Made by a program: the position numbers and the translations under genes
Origin: an uncultured delta proteobacterium
GTDB taxonomy: Bacteria; Myxococcota; UBA727; VGSZ01
DNA: 64,000 nucleotides
NCBI GenBank assembly: GCA_963775425.1
Contig: CAVZJB010000002.1
Coordinates: 95,824-159,823 of the forward strand
Direction of reading: 5' to 3'
In this document: positions 12,620 to 22,190 of the stretch, one piece after another
Numbering within the stretch: position 1 is the first letter of the stretch
Layout of the letters: the number at the start of each line of letters is the position of its first letter
The notes under the pieces: generated by a model
What the model saw: the letters and a program-made list of their open reading frames with translations, nothing else
The model's database searches: none
What the model was told of the DNA's origin: nothing

Positions 12620-15052
12620 ATGCCCGTCGTCACCCGCCGCTCGACCCCCTCTCCCCGCGCCACCCGCGGCGCAAGCGGGTCGGCGCCCGCCGCCGCCGCC
12701 ACCGCGTCGACGGCGCGCGCGGTGACGGCCCCCCGGCGCGGCCGCAGCGGGTCGCAGGCCGGCGACAAGGCCGTCCCCGTCGTCATCAACGGCTTCGGCG
12801 GCAAGCCGTTCCCCACGGTGAACCTCACGCTCGTCCCCCAGCCCGGGCAGGTGGGCAGCCGCGAGGCGCACGCCGACATCGGGAGCGGCGGCTGGGTCAG
12901 CCGCGGCTACATCGACGTGCGCTACACCCCCGCCGTGGGCGGCGTCGACGTCGAGGTGGAGAGCCGGCACAGCAAGCCGTCCGACCCGAAGAAGTACAAG
13001 GGCGACGACATGGCCGTGTACCTCCAGGCCCGCGTGCGCGACCGCGGCAAGGAGCGGGTGGTCACGCTGGCCACCATGTTCGACGGCGTCTTCAACGACA
13101 AGGGCACCTCGTCGGCGGTGCGCCGCTTTCACGTCGACTACGACGCGGTCAACAAGTGGCTCAAGAAGAAGGCGCCGCACCTCGAGCTCAAGGTCGGTGA
13201 CCCGCTCGCCGTGCACGCCGTCTGGAAGGGCACGGGCCACCAGTGGGGCGGCTTCATGCGCGAGGGCTCGTTCGACGCGCCCGCGCCCATCGGCCGCGCC
13301 AACGCCGTCGACGCGCGCGCCGGCCGCATCGGGCAAGCGCCGACACCGGTGAGCGTCAGCGACGTGCAAAAGCCCATCGACATCACGCACAAGGTGCCGC
13401 CCGACCTGGTCAAGGCGTACCCGTTGGTGCTCGACAAGGGCGCCAAGCTCGTGTCGCGGCGCGAGCACGAGACCAAGTTCTGCCCGCGCTCGATGACGGA
13501 GCTCAAGAGCGTCACCAAGAAGCTCCTCGCCGTCTGCGACGGCGACGACAAGGCGCGCGAGAAAGCGCTGCTCGACATCTTCGGGCCCGACAAGGCCCTG
13601 TCCAAGGCGCGCGGCTACCCCGTGAGCGGCTGGAAGATCTCCACCACGGACCGCTACTACGAGCACGACGAGGACGGCGCCGTCGTCGTGGGCAAGGACG
13701 GGCTGCCCGTGGTGGCGCCCATGTTCGACGTCTATCAGGACGATCCGAGCCCCTCCGCCGGCAACAGGTTCCCGTTCGCGTCGAGCAACATGGCGGTGCG
13801 CTTCAGGGACGGCGAGATCGCCCACGGCGCCGTCGTCGGCAGCATGGGCAAGCTCAACATGAAGACGCCGCGGGTGGCGGACCCGTTCAGCCTCATCCAG
13901 ACGGGCCTCGAGCTGTCGCTCGACACCATCCCGGGCATCTCCAAGAACGAAGCGGCGATGAAACAGCTCGGGGACTTCCTCGACAACGCGCCGGCGCCGT
14001 ACAACCCGCTCCTCGAGCAGCGGAAGGTCGACGCCAACCTCGACGGCGCCAACGTGCAAAAGAGCGCCGTCGACAACCTCGCCGACCGCTACAAGCTCAC
14101 GCTCGAGCACGAGACCGGCATGGAGATCGAGGTCTCGCTCGACTTCGTGCACGCGGGCTTCATCTTCGAGGACAAGGTCGTCGAGGCCACCAAGGGCTTG
14201 AGCGACGCCAAGAAGTACGACCACTACGCGGCGCTTTTGAAGAAGCCCGACGCCGCCGTGGTGTGCGCCTCGGGGCCGCGGAAGACCGACCGCGGTGAGC
14301 TGAACACGGTGGTGTTCAAGGACGACAAGGGCCACCTGGTGATGGCCAACTTCTGGCTCGACGACAAAGGCAAGAAGCACGCGAGCGAGCACCCCGCCGT
14401 GCAGTTCCCGCAGGTCGAGATGGAGATGGACCACGTGCAGGCGCGCACCGTGGGCCCGGTGCAGGCGGCGTACGTGAACCCGAGCGAGGTGAAGACGCTC
14501 TCCGACGACGCCACCCAGGACAAGTTCCTCGCCGGTCTCTCGGACAAGGCGAGCATGAACGGCCCGCCCACGGCGCACGCGTGGGAAGACCTGAAGAACG
14601 CCAAGCTCTACGAGGAGCACAACTACCAGGAGCTCGCGCAGGCGGTGACGGCGTTTCGCACGCACTTCTTCCCGAAGGGCGTGAAGCCGGCGCGGCAGAA
14701 GGCTGCGCAGGCGCTGCAGCTCGGGGGGTACGTGAAGAAGCGGCCCCTCACCCTCGCGGGGAGCATCCCCTGGGTGCAAGGACGCGGCGTGTCCGTGAAC
14801 GTCGACTGGCAGAACCACGATCGCATCCTCATCTCGGGCATGCCCGGCGCCACGCTGGGCGAGCCGGCGACGATGGCGCTCGACTTCGACGGTTTCCCGC
14901 TGACCATCCCGCTCAAGAAGACCGCGACGGCCAAGGACGTCGCCGAGGCGGTGAGGGCCAGGCTCGCAGAGGCGGTCCTGTACGAGGTCGACGTCAAGCA
15001 GAGCACCGCCGACGGCCGCACCACGTACACCCTGACGGTGAGCGAGCGCTGA
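12620..15052 (+). CDS. Hypothetical protein with probable CYTH/triphosphate-tunnel domain and low-complexity N-terminus
   Basis: 810-aa ORF with host-like codon use. CYTH-like motifs occur in order: EHETKF, DVYQD...AVRFR, LNMK, IEVSLDFV, QVEMEMD. Confidence 0.65.
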   Translation: MPVVTRRSTPSPRATRGASGSAPAAAATASTARAVTAPRRGRSGSQAGDKAVPVVINGFGGKPFPTVNLTLVPQPGQVGSREAHADIGSGGWVSRGYIDVRYTPAVGGVDVEVESRHSKPSDPKKYKGDDMAVYLQARVRDRGKERVVTLATMFDGVFNDKGTSSAVRRFHVDYDAVNKWLKKKAPHLELKVGDPLAVHAVWKGTGHQWGGFMREGSFDAPAPIGRANAVDARAGRIGQAPTPVSVSDVQKPIDITHKVPPDLVKAYPLVLDKGAKLVSRREHETKFCPRSMTELKSVTKKLLAVCDGDDKAREKALLDIFGPDKALSKARGYPVSGWKISTTDRYYEHDEDGAVVVGKDGLPVVAPMFDVYQDDPSPSAGNRFPFASSNMAVRFRDGEIAHGAVVGSMGKLNMKTPRVADPFSLIQTGLELSLDTIPGISKNEAAMKQLGDFLDNAPAPYNPLLEQRKVDANLDGANVQKSAVDNLADRYKLTLEHETGMEIEVSLDFVHAGFIFEDKVVEATKGLSDAKKYDHYAALLKKPDAAVVCASGPRKTDRGELNTVVFKDDKGHLVMANFWLDDKGKKHASEHPAVQFPQVEMEMDHVQARTVGPVQAAYVNPSEVKTLSDDATQDKFLAGLSDKASMNGPPTAHAWEDLKNAKLYEEHNYQELAQAVTAFRTHFFPKGVKPARQKAAQALQLGGYVKKRPLTLAGSIPWVQGRGVSVNVDWQNHDRILISGMPGATLGEPATMALDFDGFPLTIPLKKTATAKDVAEAVRARLAEAVLYEVDVKQSTADGRTTYTLTVSER

Positions 15053-15132
15053 CCGCCGCGCGCCCGCCGCGCGCGCCGCTTCCTGCGGGGCGCTCCGTTC
15101 CCGCGCGCGGCGCCGGCGGCTATACGTCCACG

Positions 15133-17016
15133 GTGCCGCGCCCCTGCGTCTTCGTCGTCCTCGCCGTGCTCCTCAGCGGTTGCGCGCTGCACGAGAGCGG
15201 CGATCAGTGCGACGACGACCAGGACAACGACCTCGACGGCGCCGTCGACTGCGCCGACTCCGACTGCCTGCTCGCGCCCGCGTGCTCGCCGTGCGGTGAC
15301 GGCGTCCTTGACGACGCCGAGGCGTGCGATGACGGCAACCGCAAGGACGGCGACGGCTGCTCCTCCACCTGCGTCCTCGAGAAGTGCGGCAACGGCGTCG
15401 TCGATCCCGGCGAGCAGTGCGACGACGGCAACCTCATCGCCGGCGACGGCTGCGACTTCCGCTGCACCGTCTCCTTCTGCGGCAACGGGCGCTTCGATCC
15501 CGGTGAGCAGTGCGACGACGGAAACGCCGTGTCCGGCGACGGCTGCTCCTCCCGCTGCCTGATCGAGTCGGCCGTGCCCGCGGGCTGCGGCAACGGCGTC
15601 TTCGATCCCGGCGAGGGCTGCGACGACGGCAACACCCGCGACGACGACGGCTGCTCGCACCTGTGCCAGGTCGAATTCTGCGGCGACGGCATCGTGCAAG
15701 CCGGCCGCGGCGAGGAGTGCGACGGCGTCGCCGGCACGCCCCCGGGCGAGCTGTGCAGCGTCAATTGCATCATCCAGCACTGCGGCAACGGCGTGGTGGA
15801 GCCGGAATTCGGCGAGAGCTGCGACGACGGCAACCAGGTCTTCGGCGACGGCTGCAGCCAGTGCCACGTCGACCGCTGCGGCGACACGCTCCCCGGCCCA
15901 GGCGAGCAGTGTGACGACGGAAACCTCGTGAGCGGCGACGGCTGCTCGTCCACGTGCCGCACCGAATTCTGCGGCGACGGCGTCCGCGAGGCGCAGCTCG
16001 GCGAGATGTGCGACGACGGCGGCGCGGACTGCGTCTCCTGCACGCCGCTGCGCGTCTGCGCGGGCCCGCTGTGCTTCGCGGTGGATCGGGTGGAGCCGAG
16101 CGTTCAGCCGACGTCGGCGGCGGCCACGCGCCCGCCGGGTGGTGCCCCGGTGCTGTTCCTCGGCGCCGGCACGAACGCGCCGCTGTTCCGCTACGACCTG
16201 GTCGACGGCGCGCTCTCGAACGGCACCTTCGGCAACAGCTTCGTCACGGCGATGCGTGGCGTGGACCTCGACGGCGAGCTCGCCGTCGTCGCCGGCAGCA
16301 ACGACGGCGGCGCGGGGATCCTCGGCGCGGCCGGGAGCCTCGCGCAGCGCATGTTCCTGACGGCCCGCGTGGTCGACGTCGCCGCGGGCGCGATCGGCGG
16401 CGACCCCGGGACGGACCTCGCCGCGGTCTCCCAAAGCGCGCTCCTCGGCGTCTTCCTCGACGGCGTCACGCTCCTGAGCGTGTCGCTCGACGCGGTGGCC
16501 ACGCGGGTGGTCGCGGCGCCGCTCGAAGACGGCGCCGGCGTGGTGGTCGCGAGCGGCTCGCACCTGCGCGGCTTCGTCGTCGCCGGCGGCGCCCTCGTCC
16601 CCGCCGGCGACGCTGCGCTCGGCGCGCAGGTCCTCGACCTCGCCGTGGTCGACGTCGACGGCGACGGCGCCGACGACCTCGTGGCCCTCACCATCGCCCC
16701 CGATCAGCTCCTGGCGCTGAAGCTCGACGGCGCCGGCCTCCCGGCAGACGCGGTGCTCCTCGACGACGCCGCGGGCGCGGACTTCGTCACCACGGGCGAC
16801 GTCGACGGCGACGGCGCCGCCGACCTCGTCACGAGCCACCGGGACACGATCGTGCTCCGGTTGGCGAAGGACGGCTTCGCGCTCTCGCCGCCGCTGCCGG
16901 CGCCGCTGGGCGCCACGCGCGTCGACGCCCGCGACATCGACGGCGACGGCGACGTCGACCTGTTCGTGGGTGGCGGCTTGTCCCGACCCGACGCGGTGTT
17001 GTTCTCGCGCGAGTGA
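15133..17016 (+). CDS. Lipoprotein with Cys-rich (DUF4215-like) repeats and C-terminal FG-GAP/VCBS repeats
   Basis: Lipobox LSGC, about 8 CGNG..DPGEQCDDGN..GDGC-type repeats, and DVDGDGADDLV / DVDGDGAADLV / DIDGDGDVDLFV motifs. Confidence 0.85.
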   Translation: MPRPCVFVVLAVLLSGCALHESGDQCDDDQDNDLDGAVDCADSDCLLAPACSPCGDGVLDDAEACDDGNRKDGDGCSSTCVLEKCGNGVVDPGEQCDDGNLIAGDGCDFRCTVSFCGNGRFDPGEQCDDGNAVSGDGCSSRCLIESAVPAGCGNGVFDPGEGCDDGNTRDDDGCSHLCQVEFCGDGIVQAGRGEECDGVAGTPPGELCSVNCIIQHCGNGVVEPEFGESCDDGNQVFGDGCSQCHVDRCGDTLPGPGEQCDDGNLVSGDGCSSTCRTEFCGDGVREAQLGEMCDDGGADCVSCTPLRVCAGPLCFAVDRVEPSVQPTSAAATRPPGGAPVLFLGAGTNAPLFRYDLVDGALSNGTFGNSFVTAMRGVDLDGELAVVAGSNDGGAGILGAAGSLAQRMFLTARVVDVAAGAIGGDPGTDLAAVSQSALLGVFLDGVTLLSVSLDAVATRVVAAPLEDGAGVVVASGSHLRGFVVAGGALVPAGDAALGAQVLDLAVVDVDGDGADDLVALTIAPDQLLALKLDGAGLPADAVLLDDAAGADFVTTGDVDGDGAADLVTSHRDTIVLRLAKDGFALSPPLPAPLGATRVDARDIDGDGDVDLFVGGGLSRPDAVLFSRE

Positions 17017-17185
17017 TCCGCCGCTCGCCCGGTGCTGCGCCGGTGAAGCATCACGTGCGATCTCGACCCCGCACCCTTCGCGGGCGCTCCGGCGGCTGCG
17101 CGCGGCGCGCGCGGCATGCGGACGCGGTCGCAGCGGGTGGCACGGATCCCGCTTTGGGGTCGCTCACCTTCTGGAGAGCAAACAC

Positions 17186-18334
17186 ATGAAAGCAGACGTC
17201 CTCCTCCGTGCCCTTCCCCTCTGTTGTCTCTTCCTCGGCGCCGCCGATCAACGCGACTGCACCATCCACATCGTCACCGACAACGGCGAGGGCGAGGGCG
17301 AGGGCGACGAAGGCGAAGGCGAAGGCGACCCCGGCGAGGGCGAGGGCGAAGGCGAAGGCGAGACCTGCCAGACCGACGCCGACTGCGGCGACAACCAGTT
17401 CTGCGCCCTCGAGACCAACTGCCCGCCCTGCACCAACGGCGATCCCGCCTGCGAGGCCCCGTGCACCGTCGACGGCCGCTGCGTCGACATCACGCCCGAC
17501 CCGTGCTCGAACGTCGACTGCGGCCCCGGCTTCATCTGCGAGGACGAAAACGGCCAGGCGCAGTGCGTGCCCGTCAACACCGGCGACTGCCGCACCGACT
17601 CCGACTGCGGCCCGAACGCCTTCTGCGACTTCTCCCAGTGCGGCGCGGCCGGCGGCGGCACCGACGGCTCCGGCGGCTCCAACGATCCCACCGATCCGAA
17701 CGGCGGCGGCGCCCAGCCCGCGCCTCCCCCGTGCGACACCGGGACGTGCGTCGAGCTCCCGCCGCCCCCGTCGTGCCTCGACGTCGACTGCGGCCCCGGC
17801 TTCCACTGTGTCGAGGCGGACTTCGGCGCCCAGTGCGTCCCGGACGGCGACGGCTGCACCACCGACGACGACTGCGGCCCCGGCAGCCACTGCGAGACCT
17901 TCTGCGGCGCGGACCCGAATTGCCCGAACTGCGACGTCTGCGTCCTCGAGGGCCAGTGCGTGCAGGACGCCTGCCCCGAGCTGTGCGGCCCCGGCGGTGA
18001 GTGCGTCGTGAACCCCGACGGCAGCTTCGGCTGCGTGCCCGTGACGCCCCCGAACTGCACCTCGGACGCCGACTGCAACGGCGGCACCTGCAACGCCAAC
18101 GAGGTCTGCCTGCCGGACCCGAGCTGCGCGCCCGACGCCAACGGCATCGTCGCCTGCACGGACATCTGCTGGGGCTTCTGCCAGGACCCGCCGCCCCCGC
18201 CGCCGTGCCAGGCGGACAGCGACTGCCGCGACGGCGAGATCTGCGAGCTCACGACGAGCTGCCCGCCCTGCGCCAACGGCGACCCCGCCTGCGACGCCCC
18301 CTGCCTCGTCCAGGGCCAGTGCGTCGCCCGCTGA
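17186..18334 (+). CDS. Exported Cys-rich repeat protein with (GE)n linker
   Basis: Signal-like N-terminus, a GEGEGEG tract, and repeated C..D.DCG....C modules. The first and last modules are near-duplicates (CPPCxNGDPACxAPC). Confidence 0.8.
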   Translation: MKADVLLRALPLCCLFLGAADQRDCTIHIVTDNGEGEGEGDEGEGEGDPGEGEGEGEGETCQTDADCGDNQFCALETNCPPCTNGDPACEAPCTVDGRCVDITPDPCSNVDCGPGFICEDENGQAQCVPVNTGDCRTDSDCGPNAFCDFSQCGAAGGGTDGSGGSNDPTDPNGGGAQPAPPPCDTGTCVELPPPPSCLDVDCGPGFHCVEADFGAQCVPDGDGCTTDDDCGPGSHCETFCGADPNCPNCDVCVLEGQCVQDACPELCGPGGECVVNPDGSFGCVPVTPPNCTSDADCNGGTCNANEVCLPDPSCAPDANGIVACTDICWGFCQDPPPPPPCQADSDCRDGEICELTTSCPPCANGDPACDAPCLVQGQCVAR

Positions 18335-18363
18335 CCCGCGGCGCTCGTCCATGACCCGACCCG

Positions 18364-18400
18364 GCGCGGCCCCCTCCCCGAGGGGGCCGCGCTCTTTTCT
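18364..18400 (+). terminator. Rho-independent terminator
   Basis: 13-bp GC stem gcgcggccccctc/gagggggccgcgc followed by tcttttct, 30 nt after the stop at 18334. Confidence 0.75.
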
Positions 18401-18616
18401 GCGACCGGCCGCTCCCTCCCGCCGGTCGCAATTCGAGCGATCGTGCGGTGGCGGGAGGAACGCCGGGCGGAGGGCTTTTCCGCGGGGGCGGGCGCGGATC
18501 CGATCGGCGAAGTTTGTTTTTGATCACGCCGGCTTGACGCAACAGATCTCGACCGAGTGCGATACGGTGGGTGGATGTAGCATCCGACGTTTGCCCGATG
18601 TATGAGGTCGCCTACC

Positions 18617-20746
18617 ATGTTGCGCCGATCGCTTCCCCTCGCCCTCCTCGCTTCCATCGTCCTCGCTGCCGGCTGCGACGGCTGCCAGGAGCCGCTCACC
18701 GAGGTCCCGGGCTCGGAGCTGCCCGTCGGCGACCAGCACCAGGGGCGCGTGCTGACGTACGTCGGTGAAGAGCCGCTCACGCTGTTCCACGGGGACAACA
18801 CCACCCTCCGCTTCACCCGCAAGAACGCCGACGGCACGCCGGTGAAGAACGATGACATCACCATCGAGGTGCACGGCAGCGCGGTCAGCGTCCCCGGCGA
18901 CACCTTCGTCACCGACAGCGGCGGCGGCGTCGACGTGCCGGCCGCGGCGGGGCAGGTGGACGGGCAGGCCACCGTCGTCGCGCGCGCCACCGACCTCGAC
19001 GGCAGCATCGACGAGGCCGTCGTCCACATCAACGTCGTGCCGAACCCCGCGGCCACCCTCGTCGTCACCGTGGACAGCGACACGCGCATCCTCGTCGAAA
19101 ACGCCGCGGCGCGCGTCATCGTCGGCGCCCAGCCGCCGTCGTGCGCCGACCTCCTCGCGGGCGCGCCCGAGCCGTCGCCGCAGGTGACGTCCACGTTCAC
19201 GTACTTCCCGTCCACGCAGTCCTTCGCCGACATGCCCACGGGCGCCAGGGCCGTCGTCGTCGTCGACGGCCTCAACGCCGCCGGCGCCGTCATCGCGCGC
19301 GGCTGCGGCGAGACCGACGCGCTCCCCGGCGGCGGCGAGGCCGACGTCAACATCCTCCTCAGCCAGGGCAACACCACGCTCGCCGGCGACTACGACGTGC
19401 TGATGCACATGGCCCTCGGCGACGCGCTCCCGCACCCCTACGACGACGACATCGAATTCGTCACCGCGCTCCTCGCGGACCCCGGCGGCTTCGCGCTCTA
19501 CATGGCGCTGCGCGAGATCGATCGGCAGACGGGCTTCACCACCTTCGTCACGCACAACGGCGTCGAGGCCACCTACCGGCAGGTGGAGCAGGCCACGCTC
19601 ATCGACCCGAGCAGCTACCCCACGTGGTCGTTCGCGCGTGAGCAGCTCGACCAGCTCCTCGTCAACACGCTGGGGCAGACCTACGTCGACGTCACCAACG
19701 TCGGCGCCGGCATCCGCGACGTCGTCACCGACTTCGAGGTCGGCGCCCGCTTCGGCGTCACCGACAACGACGACGGCACGCTCGGCGTCAACGAGCAGTG
19801 GAAGGACATCGTCCTGTACTGGCCGCTCCCGTGCGCCGCCGGCGACCTCGCCTGCGCCCGCCGCCCGCTCACGCTCGACGACCTCAACCTCGCGCCGGTG
19901 ACCACGTCGTACGGCGCCGGCTACGACTACGCGCCCGACGCCGACGTCGCCGAGCGCTACGCGGTGACCACGGATCCGCACGGGCTCAACGTGCGCTACG
20001 GCGCGCTCCTCGTGGCCATCCTCGAGCAGGTGGTGTTCCCGAGCCTCCCCGGCGGCAGCCCCGGCGACAACTTCGGCGACTTCCTCGACAACCTCGTCGG
20101 CTGCAGCAACATCGCCGCCTCGCTCACCAGCGACCCGACGGCGTCGCAGTTCATCTCGGGCGTGTGCAGCACCGCCATGCAGGTGGCGGGCACCGAGATC
20201 GAGACGCGCCTCGAGGACCTCCAGCTCGACGCGTCCGATCCCTCGGTGCAGGGCCTGCAGTCGAGCGGCACCTTCGCGCTGCTCGACAAGGACCAGGACC
20301 TCACCACCGAGCTCGTCGCCGACTACGACTACCAGGTCGGCTGGTTCGACCCGAACAACCCGGGGACCTTCGACGACATCTCGACGCCCATCACCGGCGA
20401 CGGCGTCCGCGTGCGTCCCGCCTGCGACAACGACGGCGACTGCGTCGACGGCCTCGTGTGCACCCCGCGCCCGAGCTACCTGAAGATCGCCCACGCCGAC
20501 CTCGGCTGCAGCGCGGCCAAGGGCGTCGTCCCCGGCGGCCAGGCGTGCTCGGGCGACGCCGAGTGCGCCACCGGCCTGTGCGCCCCCGTCGGCGCCGGCG
20601 GCGCGCTGCAGTGCTACGCCGCGTGCAACGCCATGGCCGACTGCAGCGTCGGCGACATCTGCAGCGACACCGGCGCCGTCATGGACTTCGACCACGTGCT
20701 CAACGGCCTCGGCGACGTCCCCGTGCAGGGCTGCGCCGCTCCGTAG
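18617..20746 (+). CDS. Putative lipoprotein (Ig-like N-terminal part, Cys-rich C-terminus)
   Basis: MLRRSLPLALLASIVLAAGCDGC lipobox, a long acidic ORF and C-terminal C..D.EC.TG.C modules. Alternative start at 18602. Confidence 0.8.
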   Translation: MLRRSLPLALLASIVLAAGCDGCQEPLTEVPGSELPVGDQHQGRVLTYVGEEPLTLFHGDNTTLRFTRKNADGTPVKNDDITIEVHGSAVSVPGDTFVTDSGGGVDVPAAAGQVDGQATVVARATDLDGSIDEAVVHINVVPNPAATLVVTVDSDTRILVENAAARVIVGAQPPSCADLLAGAPEPSPQVTSTFTYFPSTQSFADMPTGARAVVVVDGLNAAGAVIARGCGETDALPGGGEADVNILLSQGNTTLAGDYDVLMHMALGDALPHPYDDDIEFVTALLADPGGFALYMALREIDRQTGFTTFVTHNGVEATYRQVEQATLIDPSSYPTWSFAREQLDQLLVNTLGQTYVDVTNVGAGIRDVVTDFEVGARFGVTDNDDGTLGVNEQWKDIVLYWPLPCAAGDLACARRPLTLDDLNLAPVTTSYGAGYDYAPDADVAERYAVTTDPHGLNVRYGALLVAILEQVVFPSLPGGSPGDNFGDFLDNLVGCSNIAASLTSDPTASQFISGVCSTAMQVAGTEIETRLEDLQLDASDPSVQGLQSSGTFALLDKDQDLTTELVADYDYQVGWFDPNNPGTFDDISTPITGDGVRVRPACDNDGDCVDGLVCTPRPSYLKIAHADLGCSAAKGVVPGGQACSGDAECATGLCAPVGAGGALQCYAACNAMADCSVGDICSDTGAVMDFDHVLNGLGDVPVQGCAAP

Positions 20747-20751
20747 CCGCC

Positions 20752-20938
20752 CGTGGGGCGCCCCTTGTCGGGCGCGTCGGAGCGCGCCGGCAACGTCCAG
20801 GCTCAGCACGTGGGGCGCCCCCTTGTCGGGCGCGTCGGAGCGCGGGGACGGGCGTCACGGGGTCGTCGGTGCCGACGTCGCGAATGGCGCGGGCCGGATC
20901 TGTCCGACGCGGGGGACGAGCCCCCGCCCTACGGGTCG
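20752..20938. repeat. REP-like cluster: two direct GTGG copies plus one inverted GTAG copy
   Basis: cgtggggcgcccc(c)ttgtcgggcgcgtcggagcgcg occurs at 20752-20786 and 20809-20844. The minus strand within 20891-20938 reads GTAGGGCGGGGGCTCGTCCCCCGCGTCGGA. Confidence 0.75.
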
Positions 20939-21261
20939 TCGACGGTGTCGTTGGCCGCCAGTCGATAGAGCGTGAAGCCGCCGACGGCCGCGCCGGCGAT
21001 TGCGCCGAGGGGCACGGCGAACGTGCCGATTTGCAGGCCGGCCATCGGGCCGTTGAGGTCGTCGGTGCACACGACGCCGGCCCGGCGGCACGGTGAATTC
21101 GCGCCGACAATCGCCGCGCCGATGAACGCGACGGCGACGCCGGCGGCCGCCCCGCCGACCCCGCCCAGCACGACGCCAGCGACCGCGGCGGCGGCGGGCG
21201 GCGGCTTGCTGTCGTCGACGGAGACCGGGCCCGCGGCGAGGGCAAGGGCGAAAAGCAGCAT
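20929..21261 (-). CDS. Small Gly/Ala-rich membrane protein
   Basis: 110 aa with a signal-like start and two glycine-zipper-like TM segments. Confidence 0.55.
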   Translation of the reverse strand: MLLFALALAAGPVSVDDSKPPPAAAAVAGVVLGGVGGAAAGVAVAFIGAAIVGANSPCRRAGVVCTDDLNGPMAGLQIGTFAVPLGAIAGAAVGGFTLYRLAANDTVDDP

Positions 21262-21345
21262 TGCTCGAGCGTAGCGCGCGGACTCCGCGCGGTCATCGCC
21301 GGCGCCGCTGCCATCATCGACGACGGGGGCGCGCCCCCGACGAGG

Positions 21346-22185
21346 TCAGCGGGCGACGGCGGGCAGCGGCGACGGCCGGGGGGCCTTGGGCGCGGCGAGC
21401 GTCCGGGTGCGCTCGCGGAGGGCGTCGAGCAGGGCCCTCTCGTGGACCGTCAGCGCCCGCTTCGGCGACGACACCAACGCAGCGCCGGCGTCTCCGGGGA
21501 CGTCGACGGCGACGGGGCCGCCCACGAACAGCGACTCGCGCGTGTCCGCCGACGGCGCGTTGTCCGTCACGAGCAGCGCGGCCCAGCCGACGGCGCCCTC
21601 GGCGAGGTCGGCCGTGAAGCGCTCCCACGTGCGGCCGTCGATCACCGTGCGCGACGACTCGTCCGCCGCCAGCGGCACGGTCTGCTCGCCGCCCTCCACG
21701 AAGAGGCCGGCGAATTCGGCGTCGGCGTGGTCGAAGTTGCCGTCCTCGCCGGCGCGGCCGAGCCAGACCTCGACGTGCAGCGGCTTGGTCGAGCTCTTGA
21801 GCTGCCCGATCACCGTCGCGCCCTGCGGGTTGCCCGACTTGGACATCAGCAAGAACGGCGTCTGCGTCGGGCTCGGCGCGACGACGCGCTCGATGTCGCC
21901 GTAGCTGCGGAAGTCGTTGGAGAAGCCGTACCAGCCGGTGCCCGTGAAGGTGACGAGCGGATCCTGGAAACGGTTGTCGACGGGCATGGTCCCGAAGAGC
22001 TTCTTGTGCTGCAGCGCGCGCACGTGCGGCGGCGGCGGCGGCGTCACCGTGGCGTCGTCGTTTCGCGCCACGAGGGGGTCGCGGCCCTGACAGCCGGTGA
22101 CGACCGTGGCGCCGAGGAGCGCGCAGGCGAGAGCGGCGCACAGCGAGGGCGCGACGGACGGCGAGGGCGGCTTTACGTTCAGCAT
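21346..22185 (-). CDS. Putative lipoprotein, hypothetical
   Basis: MLNVKP...ALLGATVVTGC lipobox. It starts 5 nt downstream of the S41-like gene, so the two are probably an operon. Confidence 0.75.
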   Translation of the reverse strand: MLNVKPPSPSVAPSLCAALACALLGATVVTGCQGRDPLVARNDDATVTPPPPPHVRALQHKKLFGTMPVDNRFQDPLVTFTGTGWYGFSNDFRSYGDIERVVAPSPTQTPFLLMSKSGNPQGATVIGQLKSSTKPLHVEVWLGRAGEDGNFDHADAEFAGLFVEGGEQTVPLAADESSRTVIDGRTWERFTADLAEGAVGWAALLVTDNAPSADTRESLFVGGPVAVDVPGDAGAALVSSPKRALTVHERALLDALRERTRTLAAPKAPRPSPLPAVAR

Positions 22186-22190
22186 CGTTT

